From a virus (Duplodnaviria; Heunggongvirae; Uroviricota; Caudoviricetes), in the IMG/VR virus record IMGVR_UViG_3300022918_000010: a DNA stretch of 64,000 nt, one strand, 5' to 3'. The translations under genes were made by a program, and so were the position numbers. Of the stretch, positions 21,266 through 31,844 are shown in pieces (position 1 is the first letter of the stretch; each line of letters opens with the position of its first letter). Below the pieces are notes generated by a model. It was not told the origin of the DNA. It saw nothing but the letters and a program-made list of their open reading frames with translations, and did not search any database.

Positions 21266-24200
21266 TATCTTAAACTTTGTGATAATTTTGTGTTAATCAA
21301 CTTTAAATTCATTTTTACTTCTCCTGAAACAACTTTCCTTAGAAAAACTTTATTGGTATACATTCTAAACTTCTTATGTTGAGTGGAACCCTTACTATAA
21401 TCTAAGTATTTATTATTTAATTGATATATATAACCATTAGATTGAGATATAAACATTGATTTATCATTACCAGTAAACTCACCTCTATCTTTAGTTAGAT
21501 CAAAAAATTGATTAAATCTGTATTTATTTTCTTCTTTTGAGTATAATATATCTGTAAAGTTTAAACCTATAATTGGATATTTAAGACCAGCAATAGGATT
21601 TCCTTTAGGTGAAAGATTTAGTTTTAACATACCGGAGTTTTGTTCAGAGTTATATACTATAGCTCTATCAAAATTATAATCCAGAATATGAAATCTATCT
21701 TGACAACCATTTGAATATTTATAACACTCTAATATATACTCTACACTTTTTACTGTATTTACAGTTTGTCCTGTAGATGAAATATATTCTATTTCAAATG
21801 GATAATCTATTCCATAAAAATTACAATAAGAATCACATATATTATTATGTGTCCATACTGAATTTGTATTAACAGTCATAAAATGGTTTCTTCCTGGAAT
21901 CATAAATGTTGGATGCCAATCATGGTGGGATAACCATTGTTTACTTTTAGGATCATAACTCATAGTCCAAGAAGCATCTTCAAAATATGTTTCATCTCCT
22001 AATGTTACTTGTAATCCATTATATAGAAATTGATTACTATTTACATATACTAATTGACTTTTAAATTCATCTCTTACTTTATAATCTTTTTTAGAGAAGT
22101 ATATAATTTCATTAGTGTTATCATATATAGCTTGACATCCTATTCCTATAACAGGATTATCTGTTAATTCGAAATTAGGGAAATCTTTAAGTAAATATGA
22201 TGGAAGATATTGTGAGAACCAAAACTTATTACCATTCCTAGATATCTCATCTAATCCTCCAGCATAATTAAATATTTTACCCTGATTTTGTGATATATAA
22301 AATACCCCTTGTGGAGTAGCTATAGTTCCAAATTTAGATTGAGATGATCCATATTCATATGCTTCATCTGCATTAACTAAATTCTGTAAAGGTCTAGCAA
22401 ACAAACCACCATCACCAATTGTAATTTTTGCTCCTGAAGTAGTTTGTAATTCATCTACTCCAGCAAATTGTAAAGGACTCTGACTCTTCATCATTATAAG
22501 AGCTCCAGATTTACCAATTGATTTAATTGAAGTTACATCACTAGGCATATCTTTATAATTATTAACTAAAAATGAAGCCCAGTTATCTTTCTTTAATTCT
22601 GTTTGTTGAGGTAAAGAATAATGTATACGTTTAGGATAATATGCAAAACATGTTTCTGCTACTAAAGGATCATAGTCTCTGGGCAATACATCTCCCCATG
22701 TAATGTATGAGTTAAATATTCTACTATTACTTAAAGAATAATCATATTTATAAAAGTTATTAGACTTAACAATATCAGATCTTAGTAAACTAGAAAGGTC
22801 TGTATATTCATAGGGATCGTAATGACGTTTTGAATCAGTATCTTCCCAATCTCTTAAAGCTAAATTAATTTCAGATTCAACAAAGAAATCTCTTATACCA
22901 TTACAGAATAAATAGAAGTATCCTTTTTTTACATAAAATGTAGATGATTCTCTATCATTTAAATGTCTTTGTCCTGTTGAATTACTTGAAAATAAACTAT
23001 AATTACCTTTCTCAAAGTTTACCCAATATCTTGGATAAGGACCATTAATATAGTTTCTATAGTCATGTTCATATTCATCTGGTTGTCCTAGTAACCAATC
23101 ATTAAAAAAGAAATAAGTATTTTTCTCTGTAAATCTATTTATATAAGTATCACCTCCAAATAATATATCAGACTTAAATTTCTGATTTTTAACTGGAGTG
23201 ATTTTCTGAATACATGTAGATATAGGTAATTGTTTAACAGATCCTATCTGTCCATATTGTGCTGGTAAATTAGTTTTTAAAGCAGCATAATGAGATGATA
23301 TTGTAGATGTAAATGTATCATTTATCTCTCCATTAAATTGATCACCTTTTATCCTATTCCTAGATTTATCTTCTACAGAAGGATTACTAATTTCTTGATT
23401 AAGTTTTAATACTACATAATTAGGTCTATATAAATTATTAATTCTAAATTCTCCTGTAAAACTTTGTACATTAGAACCTACGTAATTTGATTGTGTTATT
23501 GATCTTCTATGATTAGATGAAACATTAGTAGATATTACCTTATCATAAAACCCATGTGAATTATATTGTAAAGCATATTGTCTAGTAGGAATTAATCCCA
23601 TTATAACATTAAATAACTTTTCACTTGTTGCTGATGCAGTTACAGTACTTAATGCTATTACCATAGCTGCATTACCAATAGTTATAGCAGTATTAGCCGC
23701 TTGTCTTTTTATAGCTGCTGCACCACCAGCTCCTGGTACACCAACAGAGTTAACAAATCCATTAGATAAACCAAAGAAAGTACCAGCAAACATTTCAGCT
23801 CTATGTTGAGCTAATAAATTTTGAGTTAAAGGAATATCTTCTGTTCCTTCTAATTGTAATACACCATCAGCTCCTGTTAATGCTCCAAGTAAAGAATTAA
23901 GAGTAGCAAGTACTCCAATTACTTTACTTATAGTATCTGAAAATCCTGTTGCTAATTTATGTTTAGGATGTTTATAAGGAACTTCAAATTTACCAGTAGT
24001 AGTACCATGAACTTCTTGATATACTTTTAATTCATTTCCACTTAAAAATGGTTTACTGAAAGTTGTTTCTGGTGAGTGAAATGAAAATATATCTTTCCTA
24101 TAATTAGTTAGAGGTTCAATAGATGAATCTGCTCCCCCTGAAGGACCTTTACGAGATAATTCTTTATTAGAAGTTAAATAATAATCAGGTCTTAAATCAT

Positions 24201-25872
24201 TATATGGATAATTAGCATATAAACCTTTTACATCATTATTCTCAATATCATATTCTCTCATGTTAGAGATTAATCCTTTTGCTATAATTGATCTCTGACC
24301 TTCTCTACTTCCTCTTAATATTTCATAACCTATAATAGATTCAATAACATTTCCTGCATTATCTACTGGAGGAGTAATATTTTCAAACTTTACTCCTAAT
24401 ATGTTTATACTTTCACCTCCACTATTAAAATGGTTACAAGTTATATCAACAGTATTATCAGGAAACTTATGAAGTCTTATATTTTTACCACAAAGATCAC
24501 CCCATATTTCTGGTTGATTATCAGGATACTTTTCAGTACTCTCATAATAGCCTGTAAGTCCTTCAGAGATAACAACTCCTCCATCTGGTAGTGTTACTCC
24601 AGGAGATAGATTAGTGACTGTAGAAGTGTTATAAACCTGCCATCTTTTAGATACTAATCCTTGTTGTGATTCTAAAGCATCAGCATTAGATACAACTTGA
24701 TTATCAGATACTATAGGTTCCCTTCCAGATATAAAATAACTAGCAGACTTATCTCCAGTATTATAAATCCATCTTATAAAAAATACACCTTGTTCATCTC
24801 TCATGTATGAGGCTTTATTACCTCCTTTATGATAATAGTCAGCAGGATATTTTACAGATACCCATTTTGTTACTATATTATTTGCTTGTATTTGATAATT
24901 AAAATCAGGTTTTGTATATATACCAACTCTTAATAAATAATCATTAACAGTATACATTGCATCAGATTTATCTATTGCATATGTTCTCAATGGTATTAAG
25001 TTTAAAGGTACTGTAGGTAGACTTGGATCTATGGTATCAATATAAATTGTAGTAGATTTTGTAGAATAAATACCTAATCTTTTTGCAACAGTTTGTTGAT
25101 TAACAGATGTTATAATAACTAATTCAAATTCACCATAATCCTGATCTAATCCAGTTACATCTAGTTCTAAAGAGCCTGATATATTCTGATGACTAAATAT
25201 AGGTTGTACTTCTGATTGAGCAATAAAGTCTGTAACCCTTATATCATTTACAGTATATGCAATAACAACCTGATAAGATCCATTAGCTAATGTTCCTGAT
25301 GATTTTCCTCTTCGTAATGTTAAACATGGTACATCTAATATTGCAGCTAATCTTAATTGTTCACAATCTAAATCTTTAGTATCAGTTTCAATATAACAAT
25401 CACCTTGTTTAACACGTTTCTTTTTAAATGGTATATTATCTAAATTAAGCTTACGTGAAGGATTATTTGTATCATCCCAGTATATTTCCCTACCACAATC
25501 AAAACGTTTCTTATATGCCCCTATAATTAAGTTCTTTCTATTAAACTTAAGACAAGAATCATTTACTACTTTCGTATATGTACATTTAGCTTCATTGAAT
25601 ATACCTATCTCAGAATTGAGATCATCAGTTGTGAATACAGCCCACTCATCATCTCCTATAGGAATAGACCCAATAAATGTATAAGGAAGATCTACACATA
25701 GAATATTACTAGGTTCATTACCAATAACACCTAATTCCCCATCATGTGAATTAGTTACAAGGTTTCTACCATGAGTCCATGACTGATTATCTACATAAGT
25801 ATCATTTAAGTCTTTTTGTAACCCTTTAGTAAAGCTGTTAATATTTATATTAAGATTTGATTGTTCAGCCAT
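21265..25872 (-). CDS. Tail muzzle / tail stabilisation protein (P22 gp10-like, crAss001 gp44-like)
   Basis: 1535 aa; N-terminal FTKGLQKDLN...HGRNL...GNEPSN and beta-propeller-like composition; between ring genes and cargo genes. Confidence 0.8.
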   Translation of the reverse strand: MAEQSNLNININSFTKGLQKDLNDTYVDNQSWTHGRNLVTNSHDGELGVIGNEPSNILCVDLPYTFIGSIPIGDDEWAVFTTDDLNSEIGIFNEAKCTYTKVVNDSCLKFNRKNLIIGAYKKRFDCGREIYWDDTNNPSRKLNLDNIPFKKKRVKQGDCYIETDTKDLDCEQLRLAAILDVPCLTLRRGKSSGTLANGSYQVVIAYTVNDIRVTDFIAQSEVQPIFSHQNISGSLELDVTGLDQDYGEFELVIITSVNQQTVAKRLGIYSTKSTTIYIDTIDPSLPTVPLNLIPLRTYAIDKSDAMYTVNDYLLRVGIYTKPDFNYQIQANNIVTKWVSVKYPADYYHKGGNKASYMRDEQGVFFIRWIYNTGDKSASYFISGREPIVSDNQVVSNADALESQQGLVSKRWQVYNTSTVTNLSPGVTLPDGGVVISEGLTGYYESTEKYPDNQPEIWGDLCGKNIRLHKFPDNTVDITCNHFNSGGESINILGVKFENITPPVDNAGNVIESIIGYEILRGSREGQRSIIAKGLISNMREYDIENNDVKGLYANYPYNDLRPDYYLTSNKELSRKGPSGGADSSIEPLTNYRKDIFSFHSPETTFSKPFLSGNELKVYQEVHGTTTGKFEVPYKHPKHKLATGFSDTISKVIGVLATLNSLLGALTGADGVLQLEGTEDIPLTQNLLAQHRAEMFAGTFFGLSNGFVNSVGVPGAGGAAAIKRQAANTAITIGNAAMVIALSTVTASATSEKLFNVIMGLIPTRQYALQYNSHGFYDKVISTNVSSNHRRSITQSNYVGSNVQSFTGEFRINNLYRPNYVVLKLNQEISNPSVEDKSRNRIKGDQFNGEINDTFTSTISSHYAALKTNLPAQYGQIGSVKQLPISTCIQKITPVKNQKFKSDILFGGDTYINRFTEKNTYFFFNDWLLGQPDEYEHDYRNYINGPYPRYWVNFEKGNYSLFSSNSTGQRHLNDRESSTFYVKKGYFYLFCNGIRDFFVESEINLALRDWEDTDSKRHYDPYEYTDLSSLLRSDIVKSNNFYKYDYSLSNSRIFNSYITWGDVLPRDYDPLVAETCFAYYPKRIHYSLPQQTELKKDNWASFLVNNYKDMPSDVTSIKSIGKSGALIMMKSQSPLQFAGVDELQTTSGAKITIGDGGLFARPLQNLVNADEAYEYGSSQSKFGTIATPQGVFYISQNQGKIFNYAGGLDEISRNGNKFWFSQYLPSYLLKDFPNFELTDNPVIGIGCQAIYDNTNEIIYFSKKDYKVRDEFKSQLVYVNSNQFLYNGLQVTLGDETYFEDASWTMSYDPKSKQWLSHHDWHPTFMIPGRNHFMTVNTNSVWTHNNICDSYCNFYGIDYPFEIEYISSTGQTVNTVKSVEYILECYKYSNGCQDRFHILDYNFDRAIVYNSEQNSGMLKLNLSPKGNPIAGLKYPIIGLNFTDILYSKEENKYRFNQFFDLTKDRGEFTGNDKSMFISQSNGYIYQLNNKYLDYSKGSTQHKKFRMYTNKVFLRKVVSGEVKMNLKLINTKLSQSLR

Positions 25873-25874
25873 AA

Positions 25875-26732
25875 TTAGTTTGAAGCAAAAGCTCTGTAGT
25901 ATTTGTTGTGCATAGCTTTTCTATTCATGTCATGAATAGCTTTAAGTTCTGCAAAATCAGGAGTATTAACAATACTTAATGCATTATTACGAGCTGATCT
26001 TAACTCTTGTTTCATATACATTAGTTTCTGTTCAACAGTTTCACCATTCATATATAGATTCTCAAGAATTTTAACCTTAATTGCTGCTTCATAATAGTCA
26101 TTAATCATTGGATGATCTAATACTAATAAATTACCATCTTCATCTTCTAATGATCCTTCATAAGATATATATATTTTACCATCTTCGATATTAAGATATA
26201 TATAACCATTTTTTATTTCACCATGATGCCCACATATATATTTTTTATTAGGACAGAATGAGGATAGATTATTACCTGATAAAGATAATTTTTCTGTTTC
26301 ATCATAGACTCTAACCTCATGTTTAATTGTTTGAACTACTTGATAATCTTCATTACAAGATACCTTACATTTTTGAGGACATGGACAGCTACAATCTTGT
26401 GGTGGTTCTTCACATTTAGGACAACAATCAGGAATTAATACATCTTCTGTATGTCTACCCATTGGTACTTCACTATGTATTTTATATCTATGACAAAGTA
26501 ATGCATGATTCATCACATAGAAGTCTGAAGGTAATTTTGCTTTACCATGTTCTACATCTATAAGATCTTCTTTAGATTGATGTATACGTAAACCTAAATC
26601 ATAATTTACACGTGTAGCTACTTTAATCAATTGAGCTGGTTCAATCATACCCTCCATAGAGAATAATGTAAAATCAACACTTACTTCATCTAAGAGTTCA
26701 TTAAATGTACGATAGTTTATCTGTGTCTTCAT
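25875..26732 (-). CDS. Tail ring / tubular adaptor protein (P22 gp4-like fold expected) with Cys-rich insertion
   Basis: 285 aa directly upstream of the muzzle; C-terminal GNLLVLDHPMINDYYEAAIKVKILENL is characteristic of crAss-like ring proteins. Confidence 0.65.
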   Translation of the reverse strand: MKTQINYRTFNELLDEVSVDFTLFSMEGMIEPAQLIKVATRVNYDLGLRIHQSKEDLIDVEHGKAKLPSDFYVMNHALLCHRYKIHSEVPMGRHTEDVLIPDCCPKCEEPPQDCSCPCPQKCKVSCNEDYQVVQTIKHEVRVYDETEKLSLSGNNLSSFCPNKKYICGHHGEIKNGYIYLNIEDGKIYISYEGSLEDEDGNLLVLDHPMINDYYEAAIKVKILENLYMNGETVEQKLMYMKQELRSARNNALSIVNTPDFAELKAIHDMNRKAMHNKYYRAFASN

Positions 26733-27415
26733 TAACCTCTTAAATTAGATTGTTTATCATTAGTATTATCAGTTGGTATTTGATGTAGACCCATTAGTTC
26801 TTGCCTAGCAAAATTTTCAAGTTCACCCATTAAATAATCAGGTATATTGAATCTTCTTTCTTGAGCAGATTTACATTTACCTTTTTTACAATCATCACAT
26901 TTATAATCTGATATATCAGATTTAAATATACCTTCAACTTTTACAGCATCCCAATCTATATTAGGAAAGTATAAGTAACCATCTTCAAACCAATAATACT
27001 TAGTCTTATTATATTTATAGTTTTTACTATTAGCTAGTTTAGTATATTGAACTGCTGTAGTAGGATAAATTTGTTCTGATCCATCTAAAGAACTTATAGT
27101 TCTAATTAATGGTCCAAAATATCCTTCATATAAATCAGGTATCTTCTCATCTGATCTCATTATAATACAATTACTTTTAATACCAGCACATCCAGCTGAT
27201 ACTTTATCTACTTCAATTAGATCAACTAAATCTAAAGATTCGTATGCAGATATCATTCTTATTAACTTCATAGTATTATCTTCTCTACGAAGTAACCATG
27301 CTCCATGTTTATTTACTACACTATAAATAAGTCTATCTGTAATAAAAGCATCTTGATTTTCAGCTTTAATAAGTTTTCTAATTCTTGATACTACACTTCC
27401 TATTGTATTATTCAT
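26732..27415 (-). CDS. Tail ring protein
   Basis: 227 aa; synteny, and YYWFEDGYLYFPN...VKVEGIF pattern of crAss ring proteins. Confidence 0.6.
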   Translation of the reverse strand: MNNTIGSVVSRIRKLIKAENQDAFITDRLIYSVVNKHGAWLLRREDNTMKLIRMISAYESLDLVDLIEVDKVSAGCAGIKSNCIIMRSDEKIPDLYEGYFGPLIRTISSLDGSEQIYPTTAVQYTKLANSKNYKYNKTKYYWFEDGYLYFPNIDWDAVKVEGIFKSDISDYKCDDCKKGKCKSAQERRFNIPDYLMGELENFARQELMGLHQIPTDNTNDKQSNLRG

Positions 27416-27421
27416 CTTTCT

Positions 27422-28021
27422 TTATGAAAAGTCAAATTCATCATATGTTTCTAATTGTGAAACAACTTCTTTTTCAACTATTGATTTATATACTTGTTTC
27501 CTAAATAACTTAGATATCTTTTGGTTGTTATCTATTACTATATAATTCTTCCATTGATGTGGATATATCTTAGCAACAGATCTTTTAAAATCTCTTAAAG
27601 CTGTAAACGACCATAACTCATGAAATCTAAATCTATATTTAGACTCATAATTAGTATAGAATATTTTAGCTAAGTATTCGTCAGATTCCCAATTCTTGTT
27701 CTGAACTTTATATCCTACTTCTATTGACTTTTTATAATCAATATTATCTCCAATTTTCTTTGGTGCTGATCCTAAAAAAATATATCCTAATTGTTCAGGT
27801 AGTTGTATACCTTCTCTATTATCTATTACTGTCTGCCATATTTTACCATTATAAGCTTTTATAATAGCTTTTACTTGATCAGGAGTAATATCTTTATATT
27901 TAGGATAAGCTTTTATAAATCTTTTATAGAAAGCAGAATTTAATATACTTTGTTTTTTAGGTCTAAATCTTGGAGCATTAAGATCTGGTTTTTTAAATTC
28001 CTTCATATAAGCAGGGTACAC
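27422..28021 (-). CDS. HU/IHF-like DNA-binding protein
   Basis: 199 aa from GTG (ATG at 28006 may be the true start); helix-helix then IQLPEQLGYIFL strand pattern; IHF-like genes are conserved at this place in crAss-like phages. Confidence 0.6.
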   Translation of the reverse strand: MYPAYMKEFKKPDLNAPRFRPKKQSILNSAFYKRFIKAYPKYKDITPDQVKAIIKAYNGKIWQTVIDNREGIQLPEQLGYIFLGSAPKKIGDNIDYKKSIEVGYKVQNKNWESDEYLAKIFYTNYESKYRFRFHELWSFTALRDFKRSVAKIYPHQWKNYIVIDNNQKISKLFRKQVYKSIVEKEVVSQLETYDEFDFS

Positions 28022-28080
28022 TATAATTTACAAAAATTTATTGAGTTTATTATATTAAACCTCAAGTGTTTAACAATAAC

Positions 28081-28113
28081 AAAAAAGCACCAGCAATATA
28101 CTCACTGGTGCTT
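28081..28113 (-). terminator. Rho-independent terminator after the phosphoesterase gene
   Basis: AAGCACCAG/CTGGTGCTT stem followed by a T run on the minus strand. Confidence 0.8.
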
Positions 28114-28131
28114 AAATTGAATTAATTTATA

Positions 28132-29391
28132 TTATTCGAAATATTGAAATGTTCCTGTTACACCCTTAGTTTTACTATGTAATTCGATTATACCACCTCT
28201 ACGATTATTTGTCCATTTATTTTGATAGTGATATTTATCTACTTTAGTCAAAGAAGGTAATACTTTTATAGTAAATCCATTAACTTCATCTGTAGTTATA
28301 TATTCAACTTTCTTTTCTTTATGTGTATGACCTATATATAAAGTTCTATTAGTAGCTTCTCCCCACTGCTTAGCAAACTCAGTAGCAAATACAAAGAATG
28401 ATCTATTAGTATTAAAATCTCCATGTTCTACACATATCATTGAGTTACCATATGATATAGCTTTTCTTTCAGCATAATCTACATTCCATGTTATATTGGG
28501 ATCTATAATGGATTTAGATAAAGCATATGCTATATGAGCTTCGGATAATCTAGAATGATTACCTGGAATATAAACTACTTCTAGTTCTTTACAATATTGT
28601 TTAAGATAATTAACACACCAGAACATAAGATCGAATGCTATTTTATATGCATTATATGAGTCTGTATTATTATCTACTGGAGTACCACCCGTAGTTGTTC
28701 CAGAATATGTATCCATATTAATAAGATCTCCTCCAAGAACGAATATAATCTTATCTAGTTTAGAGCTGTAGTAGCTTCTCATAATAAGACTTTTAACACA
28801 TTTCCTAACTGATTCGACTATATCTTCTGGACCAGAACCATCTAAATTTTCTTTACCTATATGAATATCTTGTAAAGATAATACTGCACATGTATCTTCC
28901 TCATGAACTGAGTTAATAAATACTTGTGTAGTAGGATCTACTTCAGGAATATATTCTAATTTAATTGAATCAAATACAGATCTAACAGTTTCAGCTTGTG
29001 TTAACTTAATTTGAGATACATTAGCTGATATTAACCAGTTACCATTTGACTGTTGTTTATTCCAGTAAGAAGATAATCTCCATTTAGTAGTATCTAAATT
29101 TAATAGTTTTTCAATGTCTTCTGATGTTTTTGGTTCTTCTGTAGAGATTGCTTTATATTCTGCTTGTCCCTTTTCTATAGCATATTTATAATCAAATACT
29201 CCAGGATGTGATGTATCAACTTTTGATGTAGAAACATTTGGATTTGATTTAACTTTATTTGAAATAGCTAGTTGTTTTAATTCTCTATATTTTAAGATAT
29301 CTATACCTAATCTTTTAGCTGATTTATGATCTGATTGTTTCCATTTTAATGACTTGTAAACTTTGTCTAATAATTCTGAATCTGAATTCAT
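28132..29391 (-). CDS. Calcineurin-like metallophosphoesterase
   Basis: Motifs QDIHIG, GGDLIN, PGNHS, EHGD, GHTH in canonical order; 419 aa with a basic N-terminal extension. Confidence 0.85.
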   Translation of the reverse strand: MNSDSELLDKVYKSLKWKQSDHKSAKRLGIDILKYRELKQLAISNKVKSNPNVSTSKVDTSHPGVFDYKYAIEKGQAEYKAISTEEPKTSEDIEKLLNLDTTKWRLSSYWNKQQSNGNWLISANVSQIKLTQAETVRSVFDSIKLEYIPEVDPTTQVFINSVHEEDTCAVLSLQDIHIGKENLDGSGPEDIVESVRKCVKSLIMRSYYSSKLDKIIFVLGGDLINMDTYSGTTTGGTPVDNNTDSYNAYKIAFDLMFWCVNYLKQYCKELEVVYIPGNHSRLSEAHIAYALSKSIIDPNITWNVDYAERKAISYGNSMICVEHGDFNTNRSFFVFATEFAKQWGEATNRTLYIGHTHKEKKVEYITTDEVNGFTIKVLPSLTKVDKYHYQNKWTNNRRGGIIELHSKTKGVTGTFQYFE

Positions 29392-29473
29392 AAGGTCTTT
29401 TAAATTAATGATTTACATAACAAATGTATATTAATAAATTATATTTATATATTTAACTTATTAACAATGGTTT

Positions 29474-29520
29474 AAAAAGGGAAATCCCTGAAAGTATTAT
29501 CTCCCAGGGACCTATACCCC
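29474..29520 (-). terminator. Rho-independent terminator after the Fn3 genes
   Basis: TCCCTGGGA/TTTCAGGGA stem followed by TTTCCCTTTTT on the minus strand. Confidence 0.65.
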
Positions 29521-29555
29521 TTATCAGAATAAACCAACAAAATTCTGAATTTATA

Positions 29556-30026
29556 TTATATTCCACATACTGTATTAGTAGATGAGCCAACCACTCCTCC
29601 AGAGATATTATATATTACTCCTAAAGAATTTAATATATAAGATGGTCCAGTAAGTAAGGTTGTTAATTGTTGATTTGTATATACTGATACTCCAGAAGAT
29701 ATATCACTATATGCATTACTTATGAATAATTGTGGAGGAACACCTCCAGAACAAACTGTAGTAGTATTACTACCATATGGTGCATATATTTGTACAGATC
29801 CATAAGCTAAAAAATTAGTTTCTGGACTAGATGATGCATTACCACAATCTGATTTAATTACTCCTTCATATGATTCTCCAGCTGGTACAGTAATTAATAT
29901 GGGAGATGTTGTAGGATTTGGATATACTGTAGAGTATGTACTTGTTCCTATTTTTCTATATTTAACAGAAAATCCATTTACTGGAACAGGTGTAGGAGCT
30001 GTAAAGTCTATTGTTAAAGTTGCCAT
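29556..30026 (-). CDS. Fibronectin type III-like virion decoration protein
   Basis: TLTIDFTAPTPVPVNGFSVKYRK...Y...IKSDC is an Fn3-like pattern; 156 aa. Confidence 0.55.
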   Translation of the reverse strand: MATLTIDFTAPTPVPVNGFSVKYRKIGTSTYSTVYPNPTTSPILITVPAGESYEGVIKSDCGNASSSPETNFLAYGSVQIYAPYGSNTTTVCSGGVPPQLFISNAYSDISSGVSVYTNQQLTTLLTGPSYILNSLGVIYNISGGVVGSSTNTVCGI

Positions 30027-31636
30027 TATGATACTGTTAAGGTTTTTGCTGCTACATTATAAACAAATGTATATATATCTGATCCTATATTAATTCCAAT
30101 ACTTCCATTAGCTCCTGCTTGTACTGCATTATCAGGAAGATCTTCTGTTGTTAAATTACTTGTAGCTGCTGTGGATGGTATGTAACTTCCTGGAGAACCT
30201 TGCATTGTCATATTACCAACATCTGCTCCTTTAAGTGCATATAATCCACCAGCTAAACTTTGAGATGTAGATCTACCTTTTATTTTAATAACAAACTCTG
30301 TTTCTAAAGGATATGTGTTAATTAATCTTGCTATATTAACTTCAAATCTATAATCTAATGGATCACTTGTGACTAAGTCTGAAGCTAATAACCAGCAGTT
30401 TTCTGGTGCAGTTCCATCATTAGGATAAAAATTATTACCCATTTTATATACTGGATGCTGATAAGCTAATGTTGCTCCTGGTGTATCTATATAACAACAA
30501 GCATCTAATCCTGGATTACCATAAATATCAATAACAGCTATACCTACAGCATCTGAAGGTAATGGAGGATTACATATACCATTTGTATTTGCATTAGCTT
30601 GTCCTTGTGTATCAAATACAGAATCATCAGCAGCAGCCTGAGCTTGTGCATCAGCTAAAGATATTGAAGAATTATATGTTTTACTAAATGTTACAATAGA
30701 ACCTGTTTCTCCAAATCCAGCACAATTATTCTTCTGAAAATCAGATGTCTTAACATAAGTATATGTAAGATTAGCAGGACAAGATAAATTATAATTCCAA
30801 GCAGTTCCTGATATAGGAGCATAAACTCTTACTATTGCAGTACCAGTTGTAGTTGATTTGTTAAAGTTTAACGTTCCAGCTCCTCCACTAATAATTGTTT
30901 CTGATGGTAAACCTCTAGCAGCTAATGCTATATCTAATTCTGATTGTTGAGCACTATCTCCTCTATAACCTGTATTAATTACTTCTACTCCATCATATAT
31001 TACAATAAATTTATCAGGAACACTTATAGCATCAAATGATAAAGTTACTGTTCCAGTTCCATTTCCTAATGTAATAATATTTTCTGAAGGAAATGCTTCT
31101 CCACCACTATAAGCTGTAGAACTTCCACATGGTATAATAGGTACTGTTGTTGAAAAATTAATAGGTGGACAAATCTTATTTCCTACTGGAGATACTACTA
31201 TAAGCTTAAGTTTATAGGATGTACTACCTGTTAATCCACTAAATGTTCCAGATATAAATGTACTAGCTGATTTGTTTTGTGTTTGTAATATAACATTTGA
31301 TGAATTCAATAATTGAACTGTGTAAGATGTTACTCCAGTAATAGTCCCTGAAAAAGAGTATACCATACTGTTTTCACCAGGAGTTACCGATAAAGTAGGA
31401 CATGTCATTGCTATTACAGAATCCTTAGAACTAATAACTACACCATATGTACAATTATTTAATATTCTTACATCGTATAAAACATTGTTATTTAATCCAG
31501 TTATAACTGCATTAGTATCACTAGGAGATACAATAGAATGAGTAGCCCAAGTTGAACTTGATGCCTGCTTATACTGTACTTCCTGATTTATTGAATTAAG
31601 AATACTTGGTATCCAGTTAATAGTTATTGATGCCAT
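30026..31636 (-). CDS. Multi-domain Fn3 / DUF5977-like virion or tail accessory protein
   Basis: Two Fn3-like repeats (ITINW...VQYKQ...YDVRI; VYSF...YTVQL...YKLKL), then FQKNNC...YNSSISLADAQAQA...GQANANTNGIC, which resembles DUF5977. Confidence 0.6.
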   Translation of the reverse strand: MASITINWIPSILNSINQEVQYKQASSSTWATHSIVSPSDTNAVITGLNNNVLYDVRILNNCTYGVVISSKDSVIAMTCPTLSVTPGENSMVYSFSGTITGVTSYTVQLLNSSNVILQTQNKSASTFISGTFSGLTGSTSYKLKLIVVSPVGNKICPPINFSTTVPIIPCGSSTAYSGGEAFPSENIITLGNGTGTVTLSFDAISVPDKFIVIYDGVEVINTGYRGDSAQQSELDIALAARGLPSETIISGGAGTLNFNKSTTTGTAIVRVYAPISGTAWNYNLSCPANLTYTYVKTSDFQKNNCAGFGETGSIVTFSKTYNSSISLADAQAQAAADDSVFDTQGQANANTNGICNPPLPSDAVGIAVIDIYGNPGLDACCYIDTPGATLAYQHPVYKMGNNFYPNDGTAPENCWLLASDLVTSDPLDYRFEVNIARLINTYPLETEFVIKIKGRSTSQSLAGGLYALKGADVGNMTMQGSPGSYIPSTAATSNLTTEDLPDNAVQAGANGSIGINIGSDIYTFVYNVAAKTLTVS

Positions 31637-31836
31637 TATGGAGCTAGTAATGCATTTAATTTAATTAATATACTATTTAAAGTTTCACCATCTACAACTC
31701 CTAAATTAGTAAGAGGAGATCCTTTATATACTATACATCTACTATAATTAATTTCTGCACAATATTCTGGATTATCACATGCTGGAATTAAAGGTTCGAT
31801 TGGATCACAATCTCTACATTGTTGACAAGTAGCCAT
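31636..31836 (-). CDS. Small Cys-rich tail-associated protein
   Basis: 66 aa; CIVYKGSPLTNLGVVDGETLNSILIKL is paralogous to the N-terminus of the adjacent 400-aa gene. Confidence 0.6.
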   Translation of the reverse strand: MATCQQCRDCDPIEPLIPACDNPEYCAEINYSRCIVYKGSPLTNLGVVDGETLNSILIKLNALLAP

Positions 31837-31844
31837 ATATATTA

